64,000 nt of DNA from Candidatus Bathyarchaeota archaeon (GCA_963777155.1 CAVZPM010000009.1:32001-96000), one strand, 5' to 3'. Shown: positions 19,375-29,710, counted from the stretch's first letter. Program-made: numbers and translations. Notes: a model not told the origin generated them from the sequence alone.

Positions 19375-20235
19375 TCAATAGATGTGTCTTGGGAGCCTAA
19401 AATCGTTTCCCACAGTTCTAAACCCAATTTTGGGCGCAATAGGCATTCTTCTTTTATGCTCGTTTGCCAACCAACGAGCTTTTACCTTATCCACTAAATT
19501 CTGTTCAAGATCCAACTGAATCGCGATGTCATTGGTTGTCAAGAAGCGTTCAAGCCCATAGAGGATTAGGTCTAAGGTTTCATATTTGATTCCCAGTTCT
19601 GACTCAGCTAACTGATTCGGCCAGAGCGCAGGTGTCGAAGGCTTCAACGCAAGTTCCTTGGGTATGCCAATATGTATTGCGAGTTTACGTACTTGTGTCT
19701 TGTAGAGGTCAATTATTGGCGCTATGTCTGCTGCTGCGTCTCCCCACTTGGTAAAGTAGCCCATCATCGTCTCGGACTTGTCGGAGCTACCACAGACGAT
19801 TCTGTTCTGTTTGTTAGCGTAGTAATAGAGGTAAATCATTCGTGTCCTAGCCTTGATGTTGCCTTTACAAAGTCTATCTGATTGGTCAAAAACAGGAATT
19901 CCCCCGTAGAAGCAGCTCAAAACCTTGGACATATCGCAAACTTGCGTTTGCAGATGAAATAGTTCTGCAACCACTTTGGCGTCATCAATGTCTTTTTGAT
20001 TAAAATTTTCCTTTTCAGGCAACATTAGGCCTAAGACGTTTTCGCCCCCCACTGCTTGGCTCGACAGACCCGCGATGGTTGCACTGTCCACTCCTCCGGA
20101 GAGACCTAGAACAATCCCTTTTGCCCCTGTGTTTTGAACGTATTCTTTGATGAATCGGCAGATCCTTTCTTGAGTCTCCAAAAAATCTATCTCTAACAAG
20201 GACAGCGTTAACTTCACTTGCAATGGCAGCCTCAA
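19375..20235 (-). CDS. nadE: NAD+ synthetase
   Basis: LGLSGGVDSA, GNIKARTRM, GYFTKWGD, DLYKTQV. Confidence 0.96.
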   Translation of the reverse strand: MRLPLQVKLTLSLLEIDFLETQERICRFIKEYVQNTGAKGIVLGLSGGVDSATIAGLSSQAVGGENVLGLMLPEKENFNQKDIDDAKVVAELFHLQTQVCDMSKVLSCFYGGIPVFDQSDRLCKGNIKARTRMIYLYYYANKQNRIVCGSSDKSETMMGYFTKWGDAAADIAPIIDLYKTQVRKLAIHIGIPKELALKPSTPALWPNQLAESELGIKYETLDLILYGLERFLTTNDIAIQLDLEQNLVDKVKARWLANEHKRRMPIAPKIGFRTVGNDFRLPRHIY

Positions 20236-20316
20236 TAACGATGGTTAGTAGGCAAGTATTTAAGGACAAGCATAAATATTATGAACATTACCAGACGAGT
20301 GAAGAAGGTTTATTGT

Positions 20317-20580
20317 ATGGGGCGAAGAAGGAAAAAAGTTGTTCATATCCCAAAAAAACGATTACCAAAGTTCTTCTCTTGCCCTAGATGCGGAAAAGAA
20401 ACTGTGAGAGTAGAAATCGTCAGGGAAGAAGGTGGTCATGCGACTGCGCAATGCAGCAGTTGTGGCCTTAAAGAAGACTTCCCAGTTAAATCAGCACAAG
20501 GCGAAGTTGACGTTTACTGCATGCTAACCGACAGCGTTTACGGCACCCAAAAAAGAACACCCGTAATAAAAAAAGAGTAA
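20317..20580 (+). CDS. elf1: Transcription elongation factor Elf1
   Basis: MGRRRKK...LPKFFSCPRCG...CSSCG...VDVY. Confidence 0.88.
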   Translation: MGRRRKKVVHIPKKRLPKFFSCPRCGKETVRVEIVREEGGHATAQCSSCGLKEDFPVKSAQGEVDVYCMLTDSVYGTQKRTPVIKKE

Positions 20581-20596
20581 CTGAAGGATCTTTTGT

Positions 20597-21343
20597 ATGC
20601 TTGGACCTATCGAACGGTACTTGCTTGAAAAAATAAAAACCGATCGCTCAATCCACATAACACTTATAGACCCGGAAAAAGTAACTGCTTCCGCAGCATC
20701 ACAGATTGCAGAAAGTTCTAAAAACAGTGGAACAGCCGCCATTATGATTGGAGGCTCGACCTTTGTTTCTGAAAATCATCTCGACGATGTTGTAAAAGCA
20801 ATCAAATCGAAAGTGAACATTCCAACTATTCTTTTCCCAAACAACGTCACAGGAATAAGTAGCCACGCAGACGCGATATGGTTCATGTCCCTGCTTAACT
20901 CAGTAGACCCCTATTTTCTTATTGGCGCTCAAATCTTGGGTGCCCCCCTCGTTAAGAAATATGGTATCGAACCGATTTCTATGGGCTACATCATTGTCGG
21001 CGACGGAGGAACCGCTGGCATCGTTGGGAAAGCAATCTCTGTTCCTTACAACAAGCCTGAACTTGCGGCAGCTCACGCTCTTGCAGGTCAATATCTTGGT
21101 ATGCGTTTTATCTATCTTGAAGGTGGCTCTGGAGCAGCAAACCCTGTCCCTCCTGAAATGATTAGTGCTGTTAAGCACCTGATTGATATTCCCTTGATTG
21201 TCGGGGGCGGCATAAGAAGCAAAGAGCAAGCGTTCACTGCAGCTTCAGCTGGAGCCGACATAATCGTCACGGGAAACGTCACAGAGTCAAACGATGCAAA
21301 CAAGAGAATATCCGAAATCATCGCAGCGATAAAAACAGGATAA
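20597..21343 (+). CDS. pcrB: Geranylgeranylglyceryl phosphate synthase
   Basis: TLIDPEK, IMIGGST, ILFP, YLEGGSG, VGGGIR, IVTGN. Confidence 0.95.
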   Translation: MLGPIERYLLEKIKTDRSIHITLIDPEKVTASAASQIAESSKNSGTAAIMIGGSTFVSENHLDDVVKAIKSKVNIPTILFPNNVTGISSHADAIWFMSLLNSVDPYFLIGAQILGAPLVKKYGIEPISMGYIIVGDGGTAGIVGKAISVPYNKPELAAAHALAGQYLGMRFIYLEGGSGAANPVPPEMISAVKHLIDIPLIVGGGIRSKEQAFTAASAGADIIVTGNVTESNDANKRISEIIAAIKTG

Positions 21344-21435
21344 ATCTTGAAGTTACTTTTAGTTTTTTGTTTTCTTTCTTATTTTAGAAAGCCAAAATAA
21401 CCCATCTTTCTATATCTTGCGGGAGAGCTGTAAAC

Positions 21436-24400
21436 TTGAATATTAGCAAGGGCTATCAAAATTACGTTGAGACACTGGAAAACCAGTTAAGACAACTCTA
21501 CATCATAAGCGATAGCGCCCGAACAAAAGGGCTCGACCCTGCACTAAAAACAGAATGCATAAGAGCTCAGGACATCGCCGATTTGGTAGAAGGTTTGGTT
21601 GGGCCTAAAGGTGTTGCCCTTAGCATCCGTGAGCTCAGCAGCAAGATGCCTCGTGAAGAAATAGCCTTCAAGGTTGCCCAAGAAATTGCTCAAGGCAAAT
21701 TCGCTCAAATGGATCAAGAGCAGCTGGCTGAGCAGGCTATTCGAACGGCGTTAGCAATCTTCACAGAGGGCTTAACCGCGGCGCCAATTCAAGGTATTGC
21801 GCAGGTTAAAATTAAAACAAACGCTGACAGGTCTCGTTATCTTGCGGTTTATTTTGCTGGGCCTATTCGTTCAGCAGGCGGCACAGATCAAGCATTGACT
21901 TTGGTAGTGGGCGATTATGTGCGGCGTGAACTCAACCTGGATAGGTATAAACCCACCGAAGAAGAAGTTTCCCGTTTCGTAGAAGAGCTGCGCCTCTATG
22001 AACGCTCCGTTGGGCGTTTTCAGTATCACATTCCAGACGAAGAACTTCGAAAAGCGCTAAACCTAATTCCTGTCGAATGTACAGGCACAGAATCCGACCC
22101 CGTTGAGGTGTCATCATACCGTAACTTGCAAAGAGTTGAAACAAACCGCGTCCGAGGCGGTGCCCTCCGTGTTGTAAACGATGGCATAGTAGGACGCGCC
22201 CAAAAAGTCTATGTAATCATCGACAAGTTAGGTTTCCAAGGCTGGGACTGGCTGAAAGAGTTCAAGAAGAAATCCGAGAAAAAATCCGGTGGCTTCATGG
22301 ATGACGTCATCGCAGGGCGCCCAATTTTTGCTTTTCCTTCAACCCGTGGCGGTTTTCGCCTAAGGTACGGTAGGTCACGAAACACTGGGCTATCAGCCGT
22401 AGGTATTCATCCTGCAACAATGGCTGTGGTTGAAAATTTTCTTGCAGCTGGCACACAGATGCGTCTGGAATTACCCGGTAAAGGCGGTGTCACTATGCCA
22501 GTCGATAGCATCGAGCAGCCTGTGGTTTTGCTCAAGGATAACTCAGTAGTTCGTGTGTCGCTTGAAAATTACGGCGATATTAAGGGTAAGATTCAAAAAA
22601 TCCTCTTCCTCGGAGATATTCTCATTGATTTTGGCGATTTTCTCTATTGCAACAAGGCACTTCCACCCTCGGGATACGTAGAGGAATGGTGGGCTAAAGA
22701 CCTTCAGAATGCGTTATTCGCTAAATATGGCGCTGATTATAGAAAGACTACAATCTCTTGTAATCTTTCCGTGGAAAAGTTGGAAAGTTTCATACTTGAC
22801 CCTTTTCTAAACAAACCCACAGTTAAAGAGGCAATCGCGCTTAGTCAAAACATAGGTGTCCCACTGTCCCCTAATTGCACGTTCTTCTGGACAAGTTTAT
22901 CTACTATTCAAGAAGTCGAATCCTTGCGAAATTGGTTGGCTTGCTCCGACGTAACTGTAGATGATAGGGGTATCTCTAAAATCACGGGAACTGCTAATAA
23001 TGATGTCGTTACGTCGCTTCGAAAGATCTTTGCACCCCATCGAATCGTCGACGGCAAAGTAGAGTTAATTGGTGAAGATGCGGCTGCTTTCGGATTCACT
23101 CTCGGTTACGGCAATCCACGGTTCACTCAGCCTTTGCAAGCGACTTCGGTACTTGAGTTGCTGAGCCTGCTATCTGGCGTGCAAATCAAAGATAAAGCAC
23201 CAACATACGTGGGTGGACGCATGGGTAGACCCGAAAAAGCCAAACACCGCGAAATGAAGCCAAACGTCCATGTCCTTTTTCCAGTTGGTTTGAAGGGTGG
23301 CTCCCACCGTGATCTGATGGAAGCGGCACGGCAGGGTCCAGTGTTCGTCGAGTTAGCTAAACGCAAATGTCCCAACTGCAAAACATATACACCCAAAGTT
23401 AAATGTGACAACTGTGGCTTTGAAACCGTCCACGAGAAAAGCTGCCCGCGCTGCGGCAGAACAGTGAAAGATAGCGGATGTTCAACCTGTAAAACAGACG
23501 GTGTCCTCTATCAACGGCAGCCTATTAACTTCAAAGAACAAATAGACAAAGCATCAAGCAACCTTGGCTGCCAGGCGCCAAAAATGCTGCGCGGCGTTAA
23601 AGGCTTAACCAACGCAGATAAGACCCCTGAAATCATCGAAAAAGGCATCTTAAGGGCAAAGCATGGATTATCTGTTTACAAGGATGGTACCATACGCTTC
23701 GACGCCACAAACGCTCCCTTAACACATATTACACCAGCTGAAGTCGGTGTATCGATCGAAAAGATGCATCAGATGGGATACCTCGCGGACACCAATGGAT
23801 TACCCTTAACTGACCCTAACCAAGTCTGTGAACTAAAAATTCAAGATGTCGTTATTCCTTGGCGTGCAGGAGAATACTTCGTCCAAATCGCCGCATTCAT
23901 CGATGATCTATTAACTCGTGTGTACAAGCAACCTGTCTTCTATAATGTTAAGAAGGCTGAAGATTTGGTTGGTCACTTGCTTTTTGGGTTGGCGCCGCAC
24001 ACATGTGCTTGCATTTTAGGAAGAGTGGTCGGTTTTACTGATCGTAACTTGATTTATGCTCATCCTGTTTGGCATTCGGCTAAACGTCGTGACTGCGACG
24101 GAGACGAAGACGCCATCATGCTTGCGCTCGACACGTTGATAAACTTTTCACGAATCTATTTGCCTGCGCAAATCGGCGGAATCATGGACGCGCCAATCTT
24201 GCTTATCCCCTTTGTGAACACTAAAGAGGTGCAACGGCAAGCCCACGACTTTGACGTCAGCGCCACCTACCCCATAGAATTTTATAAGAAGACTTTGGAG
24301 AAGTGCGATGCAAGACCCGCAAGTGCTTTAATGGATGTCATTAGTCATCGATTGGGAACTGAAGCCCAGTTTGAAGGCTTCCAATACACAACTCCGTGCA

Positions 24401-24846
24401 CAAACATCAACTTAGGCAACGCCAACAGTTCGTATAAAGAATTCAAATCAATGATAGATAAGCTTCACATGCAGCTGGAACTTGGCGAAAAAATAGAAGC
24501 TGTTGATGCAAGGAAAGTAGCCCTTAAAGTTCTCAACACGCACTTCATGCGTGACATTGCCGGAAACTTGCGTGCATTCTCAACTCAGGGCTTCCGATGT
24601 AAATCCTGCAACAAAAAGTTCCGTCGACTGCCTCTTAAAGGGAAATGTCCATTTTGCGGCGGCAAACTAACACTTACGGTTTATCGAGGTGGAATAGAGA
24701 AGTATCTGGTGGCTGCTCAACAATTGGTGGATAAGTATGGTTTGCCAAAGTACTACACGCAACGCATGGACCTAATCAAGGAAGAGATAGCTATGATGTT
24801 TGATAACAAGAAACCCAAACAAGCCACGCTTTTCGACTTCAAGTAG
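21436..24846 (+). CDS. polC: DNA polymerase D large subunit DP2 (no intein)
   Basis: GPIRSAGGT, GGFRLRYGRSRNTG, GRMGRPEKAK, KDGTIRFD, AKRRDCDGDED, C-terminal zinc finger and PIP box QATLFDF. Confidence 0.98.
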   Translation: MNISKGYQNYVETLENQLRQLYIISDSARTKGLDPALKTECIRAQDIADLVEGLVGPKGVALSIRELSSKMPREEIAFKVAQEIAQGKFAQMDQEQLAEQAIRTALAIFTEGLTAAPIQGIAQVKIKTNADRSRYLAVYFAGPIRSAGGTDQALTLVVGDYVRRELNLDRYKPTEEEVSRFVEELRLYERSVGRFQYHIPDEELRKALNLIPVECTGTESDPVEVSSYRNLQRVETNRVRGGALRVVNDGIVGRAQKVYVIIDKLGFQGWDWLKEFKKKSEKKSGGFMDDVIAGRPIFAFPSTRGGFRLRYGRSRNTGLSAVGIHPATMAVVENFLAAGTQMRLELPGKGGVTMPVDSIEQPVVLLKDNSVVRVSLENYGDIKGKIQKILFLGDILIDFGDFLYCNKALPPSGYVEEWWAKDLQNALFAKYGADYRKTTISCNLSVEKLESFILDPFLNKPTVKEAIALSQNIGVPLSPNCTFFWTSLSTIQEVESLRNWLACSDVTVDDRGISKITGTANNDVVTSLRKIFAPHRIVDGKVELIGEDAAAFGFTLGYGNPRFTQPLQATSVLELLSLLSGVQIKDKAPTYVGGRMGRPEKAKHREMKPNVHVLFPVGLKGGSHRDLMEAARQGPVFVELAKRKCPNCKTYTPKVKCDNCGFETVHEKSCPRCGRTVKDSGCSTCKTDGVLYQRQPINFKEQIDKASSNLGCQAPKMLRGVKGLTNADKTPEIIEKGILRAKHGLSVYKDGTIRFDATNAPLTHITPAEVGVSIEKMHQMGYLADTNGLPLTDPNQVCELKIQDVVIPWRAGEYFVQIAAFIDDLLTRVYKQPVFYNVKKAEDLVGHLLFGLAPHTCACILGRVVGFTDRNLIYAHPVWHSAKRRDCDGDEDAIMLALDTLINFSRIYLPAQIGGIMDAPILLIPFVNTKEVQRQAHDFDVSATYPIEFYKKTLEKCDARPASALMDVISHRLGTEAQFEGFQYTTPCTNINLGNANSSYKEFKSMIDKLHMQLELGEKIEAVDARKVALKVLNTHFMRDIAGNLRAFSTQGFRCKSCNKKFRRLPLKGKCPFCGGKLTLTVYRGGIEKYLVAAQQLVDKYGLPKYYTQRMDLIKEEIAMMFDNKKPKQATLFDFK

Positions 24847-24884
24847 CTAAAGCTTTTCAAGTTAAACTACCAATCTATTGGTCG

Positions 24885-25157
24885 GTGGAAGAGAAAATCA
24901 AAGAAACAATGCATCCTAACGCTTACCTGACGCAAATCAGAAACGTCCATAGCGGTCTTGCGGCTAGAAACAAAATCCTGATTTTGCTTGAACGCCAAGG
25001 CTTTGCGGCTTGCAAGATTGCCAAAGAATCAGGCTTGACTTATGGTGTTGTAATTCACCATCTTAATCTTCTGAAAAATGAAGGAACTATCGAGCGGAAA
25101 GGTAATAAGCGATATATTTGGTTGGTGACGGGTTTTGGACAGAAACGTCTCAGTTAG
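24885..25157 (+). CDS. ArsR-like winged-helix protein
   Basis: RNKILILL...IAKESGLTYGVVIHHLNLLKNEGTIER. Confidence 0.8.
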   Translation: MEEKIKETMHPNAYLTQIRNVHSGLAARNKILILLERQGFAACKIAKESGLTYGVVIHHLNLLKNEGTIERKGNKRYIWLVTGFGQKRLS

Positions 25158-25456
25158 AAAGTACATGCGCAAGGTGAGTTTTGGCATTTTGGGCATTTAA
25201 AGTTGTACTTATTCAGGGCAGCTTTTTCAAGGTCTATGCCCCTGATGTTGGCAAGGGATGCAAGCCAAGCAATGACGTCAGCAAACTCTTTTTCAGTAGC
25301 TTCTTTATCTGTTCCTTTTAGCTCTTGGCCTAACTCGGCGACTTCATCTACAAGCCAGTTGAAAGTTCCATCTATTCCACGTTCGGAATCACGTTTGAAA
25401 TAGAGCTGCTTCATCATTTCTTGAAATTCATGGATTTGCAGCTTCTTCACCTTCAT
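25154..25456 (-). CDS. MazG-like nucleotide pyrophosphohydrolase
   Basis: WLVDEVAEL...EFADVIAWLASLAN..GIDLE, C-terminal CPKC..PC.C. Confidence 0.9.
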   Translation of the reverse strand: MKVKKLQIHEFQEMMKQLYFKRDSERGIDGTFNWLVDEVAELGQELKGTDKEATEKEFADVIAWLASLANIRGIDLEKAALNKYNFKCPKCQNSPCACTF

Positions 25457-25507
25457 TTTTTTACTCGGCTATAACATATTAGCTCAGTTATTCATGGGTT
25501 TCTGTGT

Positions 25508-25540
25508 TTTGGTTGATGCTTTTGTATACAAAAAGCTCTA
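25508..25540. repeat. Dispersed 33-bp element, copy 1
   Basis: TTTGGTTGATGCTTTTGTATACAAAAAGCTCTA, 29/33 identical to 59474-59506. Confidence 0.7.
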
Positions 25541-25765
25541 AAGCTCTAACATGCTAATACTTCTGGGAATCACCTATAGTGCCTACCCCTTAGGGCTTCT
25601 TACACTTCAGCTATCTCTTCACCATGAATCCCGCTAATGAGCTCCTGATATGTTCTGGAAGTCAAATGACCCCACTTTAGGCAAGATTGCTGATGTTTGG
25701 CGCAAGATTAATTAGTTTAGGCGAATATTACGCATGTATCATAGTTACTAGGGTAGCGATATTTA

Positions 25766-25939
25766 ATGAGTATGAGAAAAAAGAAAAAAGATACCGGTCC
25801 AATGCCTGCTGCAAGTGCAGGTTTGCTAAGGTTCTTTGAGGAAGAAACCGAAGGCGTAAAAATCAGGCCAGAGTTGCTTGTGGTCTTCGCGGTTTCACTG
25901 ATAGTTATATCTGTATTGGCCAAAGTTTTCTTCCCATAA
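25766..25939 (+). CDS. secG: Preprotein translocase subunit Sec61beta
   Basis: Below the ORF-track cutoff: MSMRKKKKDTGPMPAASAGLLRFFEEETEGVKIRPELLVVFAVSLIVISVLAKVFFP. Confidence 0.93.
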   Translation: MSMRKKKKDTGPMPAASAGLLRFFEEETEGVKIRPELLVVFAVSLIVISVLAKVFFP

Positions 25940-25945
25940 ACGCCT

Positions 25946-26236
25946 TTATCTTCTAGTTGGCGTAGGGTGCAATACTTCTATTCTTTGAACAGAGTTTAGA
26001 TGCAAGAATAATTCGCTTCTTTCCTCTCGGCTAGCAACCTGCGGAATGGGCTGGGCGATGGTTGACCTTAAAACGATTGCTTCCGCCTCAGATAGCCAGA
26101 TTCCTGACGGCTCATGCGTTACCGCCATCAGGGTGCCTTCAAAACCGTAAGCGGGGTCTAGAATTACCCTGATTTTTTTACCCACGTTTCGCTCCAGCAT
26201 GTGGAATATTGACGGGGGCAGGTCTTGATCTGGCAT
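25946..26236 (-). CDS. Divergent Sm/LSm-fold protein
   Basis: LERNVGKKIRVIL...FEGTL...IWLSEA (Sm1-like) and LFLHLNSVQRIEV (Sm2-like). Confidence 0.65.
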   Translation of the reverse strand: MPDQDLPPSIFHMLERNVGKKIRVILDPAYGFEGTLMAVTHEPSGIWLSEAEAIVLRSTIAQPIPQVASREERSELFLHLNSVQRIEVLHPTPTRR

Positions 26237-26480
26237 AGAGTTCGCAAACTAATAAGATAGGACTTCTAGGGATAAAACAGTTCCCTTACCAAAACATGTT
26301 GGTTTCCAGCTGTAACTACTTGAAAACAGTTCCCTGAATCCTACCCTTAGCGCTCTTTGTGCTAAAACACTGTTTTAACACTTTTATGTTAATCAGATTA
26401 ATGTATTTCGTGTTCTGGATGGAGCGAAGAGCCTGAGCTAAATTTTAATAGGGCTAACAGGTTTCATAGGGGAGAGAAAT

Positions 26481-28289
26481 ATGACGCCTGATGGTTCTCT
26501 TAATCATTCAATGGATAGTGCAACTAAACACTATTCCTCAATGTTTTATCTTCCATCATACAAAAAAGCCCTTTTAGCCGTCGCCGCCATCTGCATTATC
26601 GCAATTAACCTCTCTACCCTGTTACTTTTTCCCTCCTTGAGCAGTTTAGCACTGGGCATTTCCCTCTTCATCATAACCTACACAACCAGCGCAATCGTAA
26701 GCAAATCTCTGCTCAAAAAAGACCCCATATTCTCAATTAGAAGAACATTAGCATTGTCCGCTGTCGGCTGGGCTATATGGCTTGTTTTCATCGTTTTGGG
26801 CGTCGGCTTAAGCTTCTGGTTCGGTTGGTTACTCTGGGTAAAACTTACTCTCCTAGGGTTCGCCGCGGTTGTTACCCTTAGGTTTTTGGTATTCAACGCC
26901 ACCTCCACAGCAGAGAGATGGAGACAACTCTTGTCTATTATGCTCGAACCAATCTTGAGCATTGGGGCCTTTTTGGTTTTTTGGGCATCCATTTCAAACG
27001 CAGTTGTCTTTCAAGTTTTGCCCTTTATCGTTTTATCCCCAATAATTGGTTACTTAGCCGTGTATATGCTTCTTTCTTCTATTGACCGTTTAGGCAAAAA
27101 AAACTACTCGCTTTCAGCGCTACCTCTGTTTAAGGCTTTTCTGCTTAACTGGGTCACCGATCAAAGCGAACCTCTTGAAAAACATCTTGAAACGATGGGG
27201 AGAGATGCAGACATAGAAGTCACCCTGCTAAAGTTTGATGCTGCCAAACCCAAAGCAGCAATAATCGTTCCCCAAGTGCATCCCGGACCATTCAAAAACA
27301 TAGGCAGCAGCCTTTTGCCTTCGCTTCTCAAACGGGAAGTCGAAAAAGAGTTTGGCGGTGATGCTTGTGTTCCATTGGGGCTTCTAGGGCATGAACTGGA
27401 CTTGGCTTCACAATCTCAAAACTACAAGATTGCTAGACAGGTAATTTCTTCTGCCAAGTTTAAGGCTCAAGCAGTCTCGGCTTCTCCACTTGTTTGTGTG
27501 AGCGAAGGCGCCGCAACGACTTCCTGCCAAATCTTCGGTGACACAGCATTCCTCTCTTTTACCCTCGCTCCTAAAACCACTGAAGATTTGCCTCAAGAGC
27601 TAGGACATATAGTCGTTGAGGAAGCAAAAAAGTTAGGTCTCACAAATGCCATGGTTGTTAATTGCCATAACTGCTTAACTAACATAATTGACACATCTGA
27701 GCATCTTGATGAATTGCAGCGGGCGGCTTTTAGGTGCCTCCAAGAAGCCATTGCAATACCAACAAAAAAATTTAGCGTTGGATCTGCCACCGTTTTTCCT
27801 GCAGAATTCAGCCTTAAAGCGGGCATGGGTGCAGGAGGAATCACAGCGATAGTTGTTCAAGTAGAAAACCAGAAAACAGCTTACATAATTATAGATGGCA
27901 ATAACATGGTTCCTGGTCTACGCGAAAAAATTCTTAGCGCTCTATCAAGATTGGGGTTTGAATCCAGCGAAGTCTTTACAACAGATACCCATGCAGTTAC
28001 CGCTTCGATTACGGGGCGGCGAGGTTATAACCCTGTCGGCGAAGTTATCGACCATGCCTTGCTTATTCAGTACATAGGTGAAGTGGCAAAGAAGGCGGAA
28101 GCAAACCTTGAAGAATGCAGTGCTGGAAGCCGAACTTTTGTTGTGCCGCAAGTGCGAGTAATCGGTGAAGACCGCTTAAAATCTATAACTACCTTGGTTG
28201 ACAAGACGATTGTGAAGGCAAAACAAGTTGTGTTTCCTATCTTTGGAGCCGAAGGTTTACTGTTAATCTTGCTTTTGCTACTTTTCTAA
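26481..28289 (+). CDS. DUF2070 family membrane protein
   Basis: About 6 N-terminal TMs, HPGPFKNIGSS, NCHN, IDGNN, TTDTH, C-terminal TM. Confidence 0.88.
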   Translation: MTPDGSLNHSMDSATKHYSSMFYLPSYKKALLAVAAICIIAINLSTLLLFPSLSSLALGISLFIITYTTSAIVSKSLLKKDPIFSIRRTLALSAVGWAIWLVFIVLGVGLSFWFGWLLWVKLTLLGFAAVVTLRFLVFNATSTAERWRQLLSIMLEPILSIGAFLVFWASISNAVVFQVLPFIVLSPIIGYLAVYMLLSSIDRLGKKNYSLSALPLFKAFLLNWVTDQSEPLEKHLETMGRDADIEVTLLKFDAAKPKAAIIVPQVHPGPFKNIGSSLLPSLLKREVEKEFGGDACVPLGLLGHELDLASQSQNYKIARQVISSAKFKAQAVSASPLVCVSEGAATTSCQIFGDTAFLSFTLAPKTTEDLPQELGHIVVEEAKKLGLTNAMVVNCHNCLTNIIDTSEHLDELQRAAFRCLQEAIAIPTKKFSVGSATVFPAEFSLKAGMGAGGITAIVVQVENQKTAYIIIDGNNMVPGLREKILSALSRLGFESSEVFTTDTHAVTASITGRRGYNPVGEVIDHALLIQYIGEVAKKAEANLEECSAGSRTFVVPQVRVIGEDRLKSITTLVDKTIVKAKQVVFPIFGAEGLLLILLLLLF

Positions 28290-28295
28290 GATTGC

Positions 28296-28850
28296 TTATC
28301 TTGATTTTAGTTCTTTCGTTTGCCTCTTAGGTTTTCTCTTTAATTCCGTGCCACAGACTTGACATTCCTTGAATTTACTGCTAGCGGCGTATTCTTTGTA
28401 GCATGCTGGACAATACCTTATCCACTCTAAAAGCCGTTTTATACCCAATGTCGCTAACGACAAAAAATCCACACCCATTTTTGTGGCTACATTCTGTATT
28501 GAATAGTCATCTGTAACTAATTGGGGCATACAACCTGCAGCTTTCAGTTCCAAGGCTAATGCCAAAAGCTGTTTGTCTGTTTCTGACAGCTTGAAGGAGT
28601 CTCCTACTTTGTTGCCGAATGATTCTGCTTTGACTTGAAACTCTTCTGTCGGAGCTTTAACCTTGAGTTTACCACTTTCAATTGCCATTTCAAGCCGCAT
28701 CTTAATCATTGACTTTCTGCGGATTTCTTCCTCAACCTTGGGTACCGTAACCTGTTCGGCGTCCAGAGAAAAAGAGTCAAAACCAGCCACAAAAGCGGAA
28801 GTATCTAACACAATAACTCTTCTAGCGGGAATACTTTGGGAGCTTTTCAT
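28296..28850 (-). CDS. nob1: NOB1 family rRNA maturation endonuclease (PIN + Zn ribbon)
   Basis: VLDTSAF, LSETD, TDDYSIQNVA, CPAC...CQVCG. Confidence 0.93.
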   Translation of the reverse strand: MKSSQSIPARRVIVLDTSAFVAGFDSFSLDAEQVTVPKVEEEIRRKSMIKMRLEMAIESGKLKVKAPTEEFQVKAESFGNKVGDSFKLSETDKQLLALALELKAAGCMPQLVTDDYSIQNVATKMGVDFLSLATLGIKRLLEWIRYCPACYKEYAASSKFKECQVCGTELKRKPKRQTKELKSR

Positions 28851-29710
28851 TATGTTCCCTTAAAAAGCAACCTGTTACGGAGCCTATCGTAAAAGTCTGT
28901 TTCAAGGTCAAAGTCCGTTTCAAAGCGGATAAATGAAGTTATATTGGTGGATTTGGTGACTTTTATGGTCTCATCAGCGCTTGTAAGTCTACGGTAATTG
29001 CCATCGATCAAAACAAGCATCTCTTTAGGACGTTCGACCTTGAAAGAAAGGGTGGAGTCAGCGGGAAACACAAGCGAACGGAACACGGTTAAGGAACAAA
29101 TTGGTGTTAGAACAAACCCATCAACTTCTTGGTCTAGAACTGGTCCTCCTGCAGAAAGCGAATATCCTGTAGAGCCCGTTTGGGTGGCAACAATTAATCC
29201 GTCGGCTTGACTTTTCAAGATGGGTTTTCCGTTTTTGAATACTTGTGTATATAAGATTTTTGAAGGTTCACAGGCGGAAACTACAACATCATTTAAGGCG
29301 TCAGGTAACTTTTCTTTGCCCACTGTAACGGATAGTTTTGCGCATTCTTCTATCTTGTAATCGCCCTTGAGGATTCTATCAACGGCTTTGCGGGCGTCTT
29401 TTGGTTCAACTTCGGTTAGAAATCCTCTAACGCCCATGTTGATTGTTAGAATTGGTGGTTCAGGCTTAGGAACAGTGATGCATGTTCGCAGTATGGTTCC
29501 GTCGCCGCCGATTGCTATTACAAAATCGGTTTTCATTTTTGCTAGTGGAATAAAATCTTCTTTTGAACTAACTTTGTCGGCGAGGCTATCTTCTACATAG
29601 ACTTTCAAGCCTTTCTGTTTCAGGTACTCCGATAGTTCCTCAGTTAGTTTTAGCGCCGATTTTTTATCGTAGCGGGCAACTAAACCTACACTTTTGAACA
29701 CTTTTTCCAC
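28850..29710 (-). CDS. nadK: NAD kinase
   Basis: GGDGTIL, GFL, ALND, ADGLIVATQTGSTGYSLSAGGP. Confidence 0.96.
   Translation of the reverse strand: MEKVFKSVGLVARYDKKSALKLTEELSEYLKQKGLKVYVEDSLADKVSSKEDFIPLAKMKTDFVIAIGGDGTILRTCITVPKPEPPILTINMGVRGFLTEVEPKDARKAVDRILKGDYKIEECAKLSVTVGKEKLPDALNDVVVSACEPSKILYTQVFKNGKPILKSQADGLIVATQTGSTGYSLSAGGPVLDQEVDGFVLTPICSLTVFRSLVFPADSTLSFKVERPKEMLVLIDGNYRRLTSADETIKVTKSTNITSFIRFETDFDLETDFYDRLRNRLLFKGT

Noticed and set aside
21436-24846. Inteins in DP2 (also checked MCM, Cdc6 and RFC-S)
   Set aside because: Protein lengths are normal, catalytic motifs are contiguous, and no splice-junction or LAGLIDADG motifs were seen.
25551-25720. Intergenic stretch with ATGA/CTGA words as a second C/D sRNA or small ORF
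   Set aside because: No proper box C, no terminal stem, and the short ORFs are unrecognisable.
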